NCBI GenBank assembly: GCA_965213705.1
Contig: OZ243913.1
Coordinates: 3,392,001 to 3,456,000 of the forward strand
Reading direction: 5' to 3'
Source of the DNA: Trueperaceae bacterium
GTDB lineage: Bacteria; Deinococcota; Deinococci; Deinococcales; Trueperaceae
DNA: 64,000 nt
Under the pieces are notes generated by a model. The model was given only the letters and a program-made list of their open reading frames with translations. It did no database searches and was not told where the DNA came from. The position numbers and the translations under genes were made by a program. This document shows positions 29,888 through 40,069 of this stretch, piece after piece. Each line of letters begins with the position of its first letter. The stretch's first letter is position 1.

Positions 29888-31042
29888 ATGAACGCTTTCA
29901 AAGACTCTTTTTTACTCGAGCCCGACATCATTTTCCTCAACCACGGCTCGTTCGGCGCTACCCCGAAACCTGTCTTTGAAACCTATCAGAACTGGCAAAA
30001 ACAATTGGAGAGGCAGCCCGTCAAGTTTCTGGGGCGCGAGATAGCGGGCTACCTGAAGGAGGCTCGAGCCTCCCTCGCCAGCTACCTGAACGTGTCCGGC
30101 GACGACCTCACTTTTGTGCCGAACGCGACCTTCGGCGTGAACGTGGTGGCGCGTTCGCTGGCTTTGTCTGAAGGTGACGAGGTCTTGACCTGCGATCAGG
30201 AATACGGCGCGTGCAACAACACCTGGAACTATGTAAGCAAGCAAAAAGGTTTCAGTTACAAGAAACAGCCGATTCCTTTACCTGTTGAGTCTTCCGAAGA
30301 AATTCTCGAGGCGTTCTGGCAGGGCGTGACAGACCGAACGAAGGTCATCTACCTCAGCCACATCACTTCCCCTACCGCCCTGATTCTCCCCATCGCCGAG
30401 ATTTGCGCGAGGGCACAGGCCGCAGGCATCATGACGGTCATCGACGGGGCGCACGCGCCGGGGCAGTTGGACCTCGACCTCACAAAAATCGACGCCGACT
30501 TTTACACGGGTAACTGCCACAAGTGGCTGTGCAGCCCCAAGGGTGCCGCCTTTTTATACGTTCGCCCGGACAAGCAAGACTTAATCGAACCGTTGGTGAT
30601 AAGCTGGGGTCTGAGCAGGGAAGCGCAGCACAGCGCGGGTTCGACCTACCTCGACTATTACGACTGGTTGGGAACGCACGACCCGGCGGCTTACTTGACG
30701 GTGCCTGCGGCGATTGCTTTTCAGGCCGAGCACGATTGGGTGAGCGTTCGGGAACATTGTCACAGTTTACTGAAGGGGGCGCTCGAGGCCAGCGAAGCCA
30801 TCACCGGCTTACCTACCATTTACCCAACGGACAGCGACCTTTACCGCCAACTGGCCGTCGTCGCCCTGCCGGACATCGGCGACGTGGACGCTTTCAAAAC
30901 GACGTTGTATGATACCTACCACATCGAAGTTCCGCTGACGCAGTACGAGGGTCGGCCCTTTATTCGTGTTTCGGTGCAGGCGTACAACAGCGCTGAAGAT
31001 TTAGACGCCCTGCACGCGGCCCTCGAGCACATGTTGGCGTAG
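29888..31042 (+). CDS. Class V PLP-dependent enzyme (isopenicillin N epimerase/C-S lyase-like)
   Basis: FLNHGSFGATP, SHITSPTA, DGAHAPG, GNCHKWL (PLP lysine), GTHDP, IRVSVQAYN. Confidence 0.92.
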   Translation: MNAFKDSFLLEPDIIFLNHGSFGATPKPVFETYQNWQKQLERQPVKFLGREIAGYLKEARASLASYLNVSGDDLTFVPNATFGVNVVARSLALSEGDEVLTCDQEYGACNNTWNYVSKQKGFSYKKQPIPLPVESSEEILEAFWQGVTDRTKVIYLSHITSPTALILPIAEICARAQAAGIMTVIDGAHAPGQLDLDLTKIDADFYTGNCHKWLCSPKGAAFLYVRPDKQDLIEPLVISWGLSREAQHSAGSTYLDYYDWLGTHDPAAYLTVPAAIAFQAEHDWVSVREHCHSLLKGALEASEAITGLPTIYPTDSDLYRQLAVVALPDIGDVDAFKTTLYDTYHIEVPLTQYEGRPFIRVSVQAYNSAEDLDALHAALEHMLA

Positions 31043-31146
31043 CTTTCAGCTTACAAGGAGGTGATAACTGGCGCGTCCACGTAGCTATTTTCTCGCAACT
31101 GTAAGAGTGACTTGACCGGGGGACTGCGTTGACTGAAAGGGAGACT

Positions 31147-32805
31147 ATGAAAAATGCTTTACTGGGAAAGCTGTTGCTACTTTTCGTCTTTGGACTTTTT
31201 TCGTCGGGACTGGCGCAAGACTTACCCGCCGACGCCGCGCCCGACGCCGAGCAGGTGCTGCGCGTACCCTGCGATAACACCCGCAACGAAACGACCTTTG
31301 ACTTCGCTGTATCGGTCTATCAGCGGTTTTTCTGTGTCGCCGATTTGTTTCAGGACACACTCATCGACTTGGACAAGGACTTCAACATCATTCCTGCCTC
31401 GGCAGAGAGTTGGTCGGTGTCGGACGACGGCCTGACCTGGACGTTCAAGTTAAAGCCCGGTTTGCTGTGGAGTGACGGCACGCCCTTGACCGCCTACGAT
31501 TACGAAGCGACTTACCGCTACGAAGCCTCGCCCGAGGCTGCCTGGGACTTTACCTGGTTTTACCCCTTTATTAGAAATTGGGACGAAGTGGTTGCCGGTG
31601 AAGTGCCGCCCGAAGAATTGGGCATCGTGGCAGTTGACGATTTAACCCTGGAAGTCACTACTGAAACCCCCTTTCCGCCTTTACCCGGCGTTATGAAGTT
31701 CGCTTTCGTGTTGCAAAAAGCCGCTTTGGAAGCGCACGGTCCGTTTTACAACAACGACCCGGCGACTTCGGTTTCGTCGGGGCCTTACATGCTCGAGACC
31801 TTCGACCCCGGCAACGAAATCGTGCTAGTTAAAAATCCCAACTACACGGGCTACAGACCCGCGCGGCTCGAGCGCATCGAAGGCATCTACATGGCCCCCG
31901 CCACCTTCTTCGCCGCCTTCGAAGCGGGCGAAGTCGACCGCGTGCCTTACGAGTACCTGACCCCCGCCGACTTCACCATCATCGAAAGCGACCCGACGTT
32001 GATAGACAATTACTTCCGGCACTTCGGGGACTTCCGCACGGATTATTTGCTGTTCGATACCGAAAATCCCCCGTTCGACAACCTGGACGTTCGCAAAGCC
32101 TTCGCGATGGCGCTCGACCGCGACGCGATTGTGCAAAACGTCTACGGTGAAATCAAAGCCATGCCCGCCCACTCGATGCTGATGCCCGGCTTTCCCGCTT
32201 CGGATACCGAGGGTAACTTGGCAGAGTATCAGACGTTCAACTGTGACGCGGCAAACGAACACCTGACGGCGGCGGGCTATCCCGGCGGCAAGGGCTTTCC
32301 GGCGCTCGAGATGTGGCTGCGCGGCGAAGGTCCGGCGATGGCAGCGGTTTATCAGGCGTCTGCGGCGTCCATTGCCCAGTGCCTCAACATCGACATTCAG
32401 GTGTCCAACAAAGACGGCAAGGTCTACACCGACGCCATGAACGCGCACGAGCTTCAGTTTGGCGCGGTGTCTTACGGCATGGACTTTCTCGACCCCTCGA
32501 ACCTGCTGGGTATTTGGGTATCGGCGGGTCGCCACGCCTGGAAAAACGAGGCCTTCGACGCCCTGGTAGCCGAAGCGAGCGCCCTGATCGGGGACGACGC
32601 CAAACGCACCCAAATGTTCAAAGACGCCGAGCGCATTTTGGTGGATGACGTGGGCGGCGTGTTTATCGCCCACCGCTGGCAGGGCGACCTGTTTAAGCCC
32701 TACGTTTTGGGCGACAGCTTCCGCGTGCCCGACACAAACGGGATTAGCGGGGTTCACTGGGGCAACGATTACTTCTGGGGCGACGTTTACATCGGGCAGC
32801 GCTAG
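31147..32805 (+). CDS. Peptide ABC substrate-binding protein (OppA family 5)
   Basis: Signal peptide; AESWSVSDDGLTWTFKL..GL.WSDGTPLTA.D; SSGPYML; PPFDNLDVRKAF. Confidence 0.95.
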   Translation: MKNALLGKLLLLFVFGLFSSGLAQDLPADAAPDAEQVLRVPCDNTRNETTFDFAVSVYQRFFCVADLFQDTLIDLDKDFNIIPASAESWSVSDDGLTWTFKLKPGLLWSDGTPLTAYDYEATYRYEASPEAAWDFTWFYPFIRNWDEVVAGEVPPEELGIVAVDDLTLEVTTETPFPPLPGVMKFAFVLQKAALEAHGPFYNNDPATSVSSGPYMLETFDPGNEIVLVKNPNYTGYRPARLERIEGIYMAPATFFAAFEAGEVDRVPYEYLTPADFTIIESDPTLIDNYFRHFGDFRTDYLLFDTENPPFDNLDVRKAFAMALDRDAIVQNVYGEIKAMPAHSMLMPGFPASDTEGNLAEYQTFNCDAANEHLTAAGYPGGKGFPALEMWLRGEGPAMAAVYQASAASIAQCLNIDIQVSNKDGKVYTDAMNAHELQFGAVSYGMDFLDPSNLLGIWVSAGRHAWKNEAFDALVAEASALIGDDAKRTQMFKDAERILVDDVGGVFIAHRWQGDLFKPYVLGDSFRVPDTNGISGVHWGNDYFWGDVYIGQR

Positions 32806-32837
32806 GCTTATCGCCTGAGGCGTAATTGAGTCTTGAC

Positions 32838-32889
32838 AAGGAAATCTTGCCCAACGCTTTTGAGGAGCAAGATTTCCTTACCTTTTTTT
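32838..32889 (+). terminator. Stem-loop with U-tract between the SBP and permease genes
   Basis: AAGGAAATCTTGC...GCAAGATTTCCTT 13-bp stem followed by T7. Confidence 0.65.
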
Positions 32890-32922
32890 GAAACCCTTTT
32901 CTACCGCTGTGGAGATGCCCAA

Positions 32923-33891
32923 ATGACGCGCTACATTTTAGGCCGCATCCTCTCACTCATTTTTGTGCTGTTCGCCGTTTCTGTGATTGTCTTCTCGGTG
33001 ATGCACGCGGTACCGGGGGGGCCGTTTGACGAGACGGACAGCAAGTTACCGCCCGCAGCGAAGGAAAACATCATGCGTAAGTATGGGTTGGACAAACCCG
33101 TCTGGCAGCAGTATGTCAACTACATGGGCAACGCGCTTAAGTTCGACTTTGGGATTCCTTACCAGCAACCCCAAACGACGGTAGCCGCGCTGATAGCTAA
33201 AACCTGGGGCGTCACCCTGCAAGTGGGCGTGATGACGCTGCTGGTGGCGTTCGGCGTCGGCATAAGCGCCGGGATGTTTGCGGCTTACCGTCAGAACTCA
33301 TGGGTGGACAACCTGGTGACCTTTACGACCACCCTCGGCTTTACAGTGCCCAACTTTGTGGTTGCCATGTGGTTTATTTTGTTTTTCGCCGTAGCGCGGC
33401 AGTGGTTGCCGATGGGCGGCTGGAGTTCTTCGGAGGCGGCTTGTCTGGTGGGCCGCTATTTTTGCACCGACTGGATTTTGCCCGTGATTGCCTATGCGCT
33501 TGCGCCGATGGCCGTGGTAGCGCGCTACACGCGGGCGAGCATCGTCGATGTCAAACGCGCCGACTATGTCCGCACGGCCAGGGCGAAAGGGGTGAGCGAA
33601 CGAAAGGTCATGAGCAAACACGTCTTCCGCAACGCTCAAATCCCGATGGTGACGGCCCTGGGTACCGAAATTCCTAACCTTATCACCGGCAGTATTTTTA
33701 TCGAGTCTATCTTTCGCATCAACGGCTTAGGTAAGTTTTTCGTGACCAGCACCCTCAACCGGGACTATCCCATGATTATGGCGACCTTTTTACTGATAGC
33801 GCTGCTTTGGGGGATAACCTATTTGCTTACCGATGTCGCGTACACGCTGATTGACCCGAGGGTTCGCCTGGGTGGGGCGAAAGAAGCTTAG
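32923..33891 (+). CDS. oppB: Peptide ABC permease (OppB)
   Basis: [33 protein letters not shown]. Confidence 0.94.
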   Translation: MTRYILGRILSLIFVLFAVSVIVFSVMHAVPGGPFDETDSKLPPAAKENIMRKYGLDKPVWQQYVNYMGNALKFDFGIPYQQPQTTVAALIAKTWGVTLQVGVMTLLVAFGVGISAGMFAAYRQNSWVDNLVTFTTTLGFTVPNFVVAMWFILFFAVARQWLPMGGWSSSEAACLVGRYFCTDWILPVIAYALAPMAVVARYTRASIVDVKRADYVRTARAKGVSERKVMSKHVFRNAQIPMVTALGTEIPNLITGSIFIESIFRINGLGKFFVTSTLNRDYPMIMATFLLIALLWGITYLLTDVAYTLIDPRVRLGGAKEA

Positions 33892-33892
33892 G

Positions 33893-34810
33893 ATGATGGC
33901 GTTTTTGAACCCTAGACGCTCGAGCGAATCCTTGGTCGTAGACCCGGCCCTGGTTGGGAGCCGCACTTTCTGGCAGGACGCCCGCAAACGCTTTTTTCGC
34001 AACCGTCTGGCGGTTGTCGGTCTCGTCATCGTGTCGTTTATTGTTTTCCTGGCTGTTTTTGCCGATGTGTTGGCCCCGTTCGAGTACGACCATGCTTACT
34101 TCGACCGTGTTTTACAAAAACCCTTCCAACACCCGGAGCACCCTCTGGGTACGGACGAGGTCGGACGTGACTACTTGACCCGGCTTATTTACGGGGCCAG
34201 AACCTCTTTAATCGTGGCTTTGTCCGTCCAAGGCATCGCGGTTCTCATCGGGGTGCCGCTCGGGGTGTTAGCCGGTTATCTGGGCGGGCGGGTCGATTTC
34301 GTTTTTTCACGCGTCGTCGAGGTGATGACCGCTTTTCCGTCGCTTCTGTTTGCCATCCTGATTATTTCGGTTTTGGGCGGGGGTCTTAAAACCATCATCG
34401 TGGCGCTCAGCATCACCAGCTGGATCGGCGTTGCCCGCCTGACCAGGGCGCAGATTCTTACCCTGCGTGAACAGGACTACGCCCTGGCCGCCCGAGCCCT
34501 CGGGGTGTCCGGGGGGCGCATCATGATGAGACACCTGTTGCCCAACGCCCTCACGCCCATTTTGGTGTCGGTCAGTTTCGGGATTCCCGCAGCCATTTTT
34601 GCGGAGGCGGGTTTGAGCTTTTTGGGCTTGGGTGTGAACGACCCCGTTGCGAGTTGGGGGAAAATGGTCGGGGTCAGCAACGCTTACGTGAGGGTCTACT
34701 GGCACCTCGCCTTGTTCCCGACCTTGGCGATTGCCTTGACGATGCTCGGGTTTACCTTTTTGGGCGACGGGCTTCAGGACGCGCTCGACCCCAAGCAAGG
34801 TGAGGCGTGA
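33893..34810 (+). CDS. oppC: Peptide ABC permease (OppC)
   Basis: HPLGTDEVGRD..TRLIYGARTSL, AARALG, EAGLSFLGLG, GDGLQDALDP. Confidence 0.94.
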   Translation: MMAFLNPRRSSESLVVDPALVGSRTFWQDARKRFFRNRLAVVGLVIVSFIVFLAVFADVLAPFEYDHAYFDRVLQKPFQHPEHPLGTDEVGRDYLTRLIYGARTSLIVALSVQGIAVLIGVPLGVLAGYLGGRVDFVFSRVVEVMTAFPSLLFAILIISVLGGGLKTIIVALSITSWIGVARLTRAQILTLREQDYALAARALGVSGGRIMMRHLLPNALTPILVSVSFGIPAAIFAEAGLSFLGLGVNDPVASWGKMVGVSNAYVRVYWHLALFPTLAIALTMLGFTFLGDGLQDALDPKQGEA

Positions 34811-35009
34811 GGGGGAAAATCACAGGTTTTCCCATTTCTTCTGAAAAGGTGCATGAGTTGAGACCGGACGCGCTCCGAAGCGACCCCACGAAACCTGTTT
34901 GTCACGTCAGACACGGCTTCTCTAATGCCAAAGCGTGAGCTCGCCGGTAGGTATTGAAACGTGTGCCTGAGACGTAATCTCCAAGGATTTTTCGCTCTTC
35001 TTGAACCGT

Positions 35010-35480
35010 TTACTCTTCGACCACTGAAAGCTCACGAAACCCTTTGGTCAGAGGTTCACTACCGTCCGGCCGCGCCATGACCACGTCTTCGACGCGGCAG
35101 AAAAAGGTGTCGAAGTATGTCTGCGTCGTGTGCGGGATGCCGTTGTCGCGGAAGAACTTGGGTTTGTAGTAGTCGACGACCGCCGCCAGTCCGGCAATGT
35201 GGTCGGCGTCCTGGTGCGAAGCGATGACGAGGTCGACCTGGGTGATGCTGAGGGATTTCAGATACTCCAATGGCACCTGACTCTTCCTACCCCCGTCGTA
35301 GAGGACGCCCTGACCGGTCGGGGCTTGGATGAACACGCTGTCGCCCTGGCCCACGTCGATGAAGTGGGTTGCTAGGTCTCGGCTCGAGGGGTTTTGGCCC
35401 GGAGAAGTCTGGGCACAACCCACGGTGACCAGCCCGAAGAACATCACGCTGAAGAGGAGTAGGGCGAGGCGGTTGAGTGC
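35010..35480 (-). pseudogene. ComEC/Rec2-like MBL-fold hydrolase, truncated
   Basis: FIDVGQGDS, LYDGG, SHQDADHIAGL; C-terminal half missing. Confidence 0.8.
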
Positions 35481-35561
35481 TGGGTGAAGGGTTTCTTTGG
35501 CGAGGTCGTTTGGGCTGGCGAGGTGGCTTCGGAAGGTGGGTGAGTGTTCGCAGGGCTCGAG

Positions 35562-36410
35562 CCCCTGTCCAAAGGCTAAAGAGGTGTATTGGCTGCCGTG
35601 GTCCGAGTGGTGAATCACTCCCTTTGCGGGCTGCCGCTTTCATAACGCCATCTCCAGCGCGTTTAGGACGAGTTCGGCAGTGAATCGCTCCGCAAACGAC
35701 CACCCCACCACCAAGCGGGAGTAGACATCTATAACGACGGCTAAGTAAAGCCAGCCCTCGTCGGTTTCATGCTGTGTCACGTCGGCGACCCAAACTCTGT
35801 TGGGGCTGTCGGCGCTGAGCCGCCGCTCGACCAGGTCCGGGTACGCCTCCCGCTTTGGGTTCCGCGTTCGTGAATTGTTTTGATACGCACCATTAATTCG
35901 GCGTCCGCCACGCTTCGTGCCGAGGGTGGGCGGTTTCGGCAAGCGAATACCCGCTCTTGGAGACCTCCAGAACGCGGCACATCCGCTCGACACTGTGGTT
36001 GACCTTCTCTTGGTCGCTAAACCGGCACACCGCTACCGGCTCCGGTCAGTCTCCTTGGCAAAGACGGTGGCGGCTTTTTTGAGAATCTTGCGCTCTTCAC
36101 GCAGGATGTAATTCTCTCGTCGGAGTCGCCTGAGTTCCTCACTTTCGTCTTGGTCAAGAGCTGCGCTGTTCGCACTTCTGGGAGCGCCGCCATTCTCGGC
36201 GCGCCGGACCCAGTCTCTTAGCAAATTGGTAGATACGCCTAAGTTGGAGGCAATCTCTTGCAAGCTCTTGCCGCTCTGCTGATAGAGCCTGACCGCTTCG
36301 GTTTTAAACTCTGGTGGATATGGAGGTCTGGATACGGGCATCTGAACACTTTCTTCCTGAGGATGTTAAACCTCAAGCGTTTATGTGTCCACCAAACCGA
36401 GGCAGCTCCA
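35562..36410 (-). mobile_element. IS3-family element remnant (IRL, orfA, deleted/frameshifted orfB)
   Basis: IR TGGAGCTGCCTCGGTTTGGTGGACAC ending at 36410; orfB pieces PNRVWVADVT, GWLYLAVVIDVYSR, HHSDHGSQYTS; truncated at a CTCGAG palindrome. Confidence 0.9.
36033..36341 (-). CDS. IS3-family transposase OrfA
   Basis: YPPEFKTEAVRL...IASNLGVS...EELRRLRREN..LREE..ILKKA. Confidence 0.9.
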   Translation of the reverse strand: MPVSRPPYPPEFKTEAVRLYQQSGKSLQEIASNLGVSTNLLRDWVRRAENGGAPRSANSAALDQDESEELRRLRRENYILREERKILKKAATVFAKETDRSR

Positions 36411-36470
36411 TTCGTTGTCCACTGAAGGGTTTGTGCCACAGTTGCGCGCGTTTGTTGCACAAAAACATAA

Positions 36471-37076
36471 CTACCGCGTCGCCACCACGATTCCCACCCC
36501 TAACATAATCGTTTCAGCAGCTCTGTCTGTCACGCGCCGTGCCCGCTTTAAGCTAAACAAGCTTCGCATCCGGTCGGCTGAGAAAGCGTAAGTAGAAGCG
36601 ATGATTAACATAGCGACCACCAGCATGGTGCAGAGCGACAGGTAAACGGCAAAGTCGATGTTCCGCATGTCAATTAGCGTAGGCAAGAGCGCGACATAGA
36701 AGACGATAGCGTGTGGATTGCTCATGCCGAGGGCCAAACCTGTTACAGCGTCACCCCAGCGGGTGTTCGTCTCGACTGTAGCCACACGCGTGTCAAGCTT
36801 TTTTAGCCAACGCCTCACTCCCATCCAGACTAGGTAGGCCGCGCCGGCAAACTTGACGAGGGCGAAAACCGGTTTGAACGAGTCGGCCACGGCAGCAAGA
36901 CCGAAGACCACGAGCGTGAGCAAAATCAGCTTGCCCAAGATGGCACCGAGGGTGAAGGGGGCGGCCGCCAGTCCCCCACGTGCGAGCGCCTTGCTTAAGA
37001 CGGTCAGCGTGTCCGGGCCGGGCGTGGCCGCGGAGGCGGTGAACGCCAGCGCGAAGAGAACGAGACCTTCGGTCAC
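36471..37076 (-). CDS. LysE/RhtB-family exporter
   Basis: ATPGPD, KFAGAAYLVWMG, SNPHAIVFY. Confidence 0.92.
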   Translation of the reverse strand: MTEGLVLFALAFTASAATPGPDTLTVLSKALARGGLAAAPFTLGAILGKLILLTLVVFGLAAVADSFKPVFALVKFAGAAYLVWMGVRRWLKKLDTRVATVETNTRWGDAVTGLALGMSNPHAIVFYVALLPTLIDMRNIDFAVYLSLCTMLVVAMLIIASTYAFSADRMRSLFSLKRARRVTDRAAETIMLGVGIVVATR

Positions 37077-37086
37077 AGCGCCGACC

Positions 37087-37345
37087 TCATCTTTCGCCTA
37101 GAGCGGCAAGACGCTGTCGCATATCGGTTCCCGTGGCTGCGGCGTCCGGGTCGTCGCTCATGAGGATCTCGGCGATTCGCTCTTGCTCCACGCGGCCTTT
37201 GTTCTGGCTCAGTTTAGCCGCGCCCTCTAAACAAGTGACGCGCAGCTCGAAGGCGACGACGCCCCGAATCATGCCCGCCTTGTAGCGCTTGGGCAGGTCG
37301 TCCCACTGCGTTTGATAGTCGGGCTCGTGTTGCGCGATGAGGCCT
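37087..37345 (-). pseudogene. PaiB-like FMN-binding protein, C-terminal remnant
   Basis: MIRGVVAFELRV..LEG.AKLSQNK; N-terminal half absent. Confidence 0.7.
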
Positions 37346-37384
37346 CCCGACGTGCGGTAACCGTTGGAAAAAACTGGTTTCTCT

Positions 37385-38278
37385 TTAACAGGCAAAACAT
37401 TTCAAAGCTTTAGCCCTGGCAAAAATACTCTTTTTTGAAATTTTCGCGCCGCCCCCGCGAGCAGCATTTTCCGCTCCGGCAGCCACCCCGAGTTGCATTG
37501 CTCGTTCCAAAGACCAACCCTCGGCTCTTGCCCACAAAAAGGCGGCCAATAAGCTGTCGCCTGAGGCGACCGGGTTGAGCACACGCACCTTGGGAGCCGG
37601 GCAAACCAGGGTTTTTTCACCGACGTAGGCGGCTCCTTCATCTCCGAGCGTCAGGAGTATGGGCACACCGTAGCTTTCATATAGGGTCTGGGCTTCGCTG
37701 AGACCGTTACTCTCAACTTGCAAAAGACTTGCTAGTTCTGAGCGGTTGGGTTTGACAAGGGATACACCCGCCTCGAGCGCCGCCCGAAGTCCCTTGCCGC
37801 TCGAGTCCACCACGGGTTTGTTAGCGAATTCTTTGAGAACTTCACGAAAATCGGCAGGCGTGATTCCCGCGGGAAGGCTGCCAGAAATGATGAGTCGACC
37901 CTCCGGCAAGCGCCTCAACAAGTTGCGCCATTCGCCAATAGAAACGACCGGACCTTTCTCGTATACCTCGGTCGGATGGGCGCGTCCGTCCAGCAGGATG
38001 TGGCACTCGCGCGTTTCGCCCCCGACCTCCTCAAAAGTACCCTTTAACCCTTCTCGCTCAAGCAAGTGGCGAAACTTCCGGCCGTTAAAACCGCCTAAGA
38101 ACCCTGCTACTGTAGCCTCGGCTCCCAGCGTCTTGAGCACCCGCGCTACGTTGACGCCCTTGCCGCCTGCAACTTCGCGCACGCTTCCTACGCGGTGGAG
38201 CGTTTGGGGTGTGAGGATTTGGCCCAACTCAAGTGTACGGTCGAGCGCCAAGTTGGGCGTCAAGCTGACAAAGGACAC
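37385..38278 (-). CDS. 1-phosphofructokinase/LacC-type hexose-phosphate kinase (candidate tagatose-6-phosphate kinase)
   Basis: Probable GTG start at 38278 next to the deoR stop; LTPNLALD, AGGKGVNVA, SGSLP, VKPNRSEL, NPVASGDS. Confidence 0.9.
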   Translation of the reverse strand: MSFVSLTPNLALDRTLELGQILTPQTLHRVGSVREVAGGKGVNVARVLKTLGAEATVAGFLGGFNGRKFRHLLEREGLKGTFEEVGGETRECHILLDGRAHPTEVYEKGPVVSIGEWRNLLRRLPEGRLIISGSLPAGITPADFREVLKEFANKPVVDSSGKGLRAALEAGVSLVKPNRSELASLLQVESNGLSEAQTLYESYGVPILLTLGDEGAAYVGEKTLVCPAPKVRVLNPVASGDSLLAAFLWARAEGWSLERAMQLGVAAGAENAARGGGAKISKKSIFARAKALKCFAC

Positions 38279-38279
38279 G

Positions 38280-39101
38280 TCAGCCGCGGGGGGTACTGTG
38301 CTTGATCTCGGCAGGAGTGAGTCCGGAAGCCAATTCGACGGCGAGTCCCGTTTGCTCAAGGAAGCGGAGCCAGTCCCGGCTCAGCCCCTCGTCGGTAATT
38401 AGGCGCTCGATGGCGGCAAGTGGCGCGAACTTAGCGAGCGTCTTCTGCCCAACCTTGCTGTGGTCGGCAATCACGATGGCGCGCTCGGAAACGCTCAAAA
38501 AAGCTCGAGCAACGGCGCTTTCCAGGGGGTCGCGCATCGAAAAGCCGAAGTCCGGCGTGACCCCGCTGCAGCCGACAAAGCTGAGGTCGAGCCGGTACTC
38601 CTGCAACGCGAACTCCACCATCTCGCCGACGAGTTCGTAAGAATAAGTGTTCAGTGCGCCCCCGGTGACGATAACTTTGGTGAGGCTGTGGTTGTACAGT
38701 TCGGTAGCCACGTTGATGGCGTTGGTGATGACCGTAATCGGTCTGCCACGCAGCCAACGTGCCAGTTCGGTGCAGGTGGTTCCGCCAGAGAGGCCTACCA
38801 GCATACCGTCTTCGATGTGCGCGGTCGCCGCCGCTGCAATAGCACGTTTGGCCGTTGCTCCACGCGCCGCGACCGTTTTGAAGTCGTCTAAATAGTCGAT
38901 GGGCGAGCGCACCCGCGCCCCGCCCCAGGTGCGCTCAACCAGCCCGCGCCGCTCAAGAGCCGACAGGTCGCGCCGCACCGTCGCGATGGAAATGCCGAGT
39001 AGCTCGGCGATGCCGGTCGCTTTCAGTACACCATTATGCAAGATGAGGTCGTGAACCCGGTGTTGGCGCTCGCGACTGTTCGAGGTGGCGTTGGCGGTCA
39101 T
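38280..39101 (-). CDS. DeoR/GlpR-family regulator (AgaR-like)
   Basis: ISIATVRRDLSAL...RTWGGA, GLSGGTTCTELA, VITNAINVA, ADHSKVG. Confidence 0.95.
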   Translation of the reverse strand: MTANATSNSRERQHRVHDLILHNGVLKATGIAELLGISIATVRRDLSALERRGLVERTWGGARVRSPIDYLDDFKTVAARGATAKRAIAAAATAHIEDGMLVGLSGGTTCTELARWLRGRPITVITNAINVATELYNHSLTKVIVTGGALNTYSYELVGEMVEFALQEYRLDLSFVGCSGVTPDFGFSMRDPLESAVARAFLSVSERAIVIADHSKVGQKTLAKFAPLAAIERLITDEGLSRDWLRFLEQTGLAVELASGLTPAEIKHSTPRG

Positions 39102-39156
39102 GTTCATAAGCTTGCTCTGAGTCTAAAGCCTACGACCGGGTTATTCAGGTCGACGG

Positions 39157-39181
39157 TGACCGATTTTGGCTCTTTCGCTCA
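39157..39181. promoter_or_regulatory. Candidate DeoR operator (divergent deoR/aldolase region)
   Basis: TGACCGA-N11-TCGCTCA; same architecture as 42063-42087. Confidence 0.6.
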
Positions 39182-39224
39182 GTGAGCTGTTGGAGCTGTC
39201 CCCAACTGCGCCTTAAAGTGGTTT

Positions 39225-40058
39225 ATGAACCTTCCCGACCCCGCCTCCCGTCTCCGTGCGGCGCGTGAACAGGGCTACGCGCTGGCCGCCTTCAACGCAG
39301 TCAACTTAGAAACCGCTCAGGCGATCGTCGGTGCGGCGGAAGCGGAGCGCGCGCCCATCATTCTGCAAATTTCGGAAAATGCTGCCCGTTACGGTGGCCT
39401 GAAAGCCCTATTCGGCATTTCCAAAACGTTGCAAGCAGCGGCGGGCGTGCCGGTCATCGTGCATTTTGACCACGCTGAAACCTTCGAGAGCGCACTTCAA
39501 GCTTTGAAGCTCGGCTTCGATTCGGTGATGTTTGAGGGTGCCGACCTCGGCTCGGCGGCGAATGCCCGGCAACTCAAGCTGCTGAGCCGAGCCGCCCATG
39601 ACCGGGGCGCAGCCGTCGAGGGCGAGTTTGAAATTGTCAACAAAGAAGGTCGTGAGGGCAACACGCTCGAGCTTGAACGATTCTCGGAGCTGGCCGCCTC
39701 CTCCGGCTGCGACGTGGTCGCCGTCAACATCGGCAGCGACCATAAGCAGACCGAGAAAGTCGCCCGGCTCGACTTGGCAAGACTCGAGACCATCGCCGCG
39801 CTGGTTCCGCATCCGCTTGTGTTGCACGGCTCGTCGGGCGTTTCAGAAGTCGAATTGTCCCACGCGGTCGAGCGAGGCGTTGCAAAGGTCAACATAGCGA
39901 CCGAGTTGATGGCGGTGTTTACCGACAGCGTGAGAAACAGCCTTTTGGACGTAAACCTGCACGACCCGCGCATTTATTTGGGTGCGGCGCGAGTCGCTTT
40001 TCAGGCGCGAGCGCAGGCACTCATCCGGCTGTTGGGAAGCGCAGGCAAGGCCGGATAA
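39225..40058 (+). CDS. Class II ketose-bisphosphate aldolase (candidate tagatose-1,6-bisphosphate aldolase)
   Basis: YALAAFNAVNLE, VHFDHA, GFDSVM, LVLHGSSG, KVNIATE. Confidence 0.92.
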   Translation: MNLPDPASRLRAAREQGYALAAFNAVNLETAQAIVGAAEAERAPIILQISENAARYGGLKALFGISKTLQAAAGVPVIVHFDHAETFESALQALKLGFDSVMFEGADLGSAANARQLKLLSRAAHDRGAAVEGEFEIVNKEGREGNTLELERFSELAASSGCDVVAVNIGSDHKQTEKVARLDLARLETIAALVPHPLVLHGSSGVSEVELSHAVERGVAKVNIATELMAVFTDSVRNSLLDVNLHDPRIYLGAARVAFQARAQALIRLLGSAGKAG

Positions 40059-40069
40059 CGAGGGTTTTG

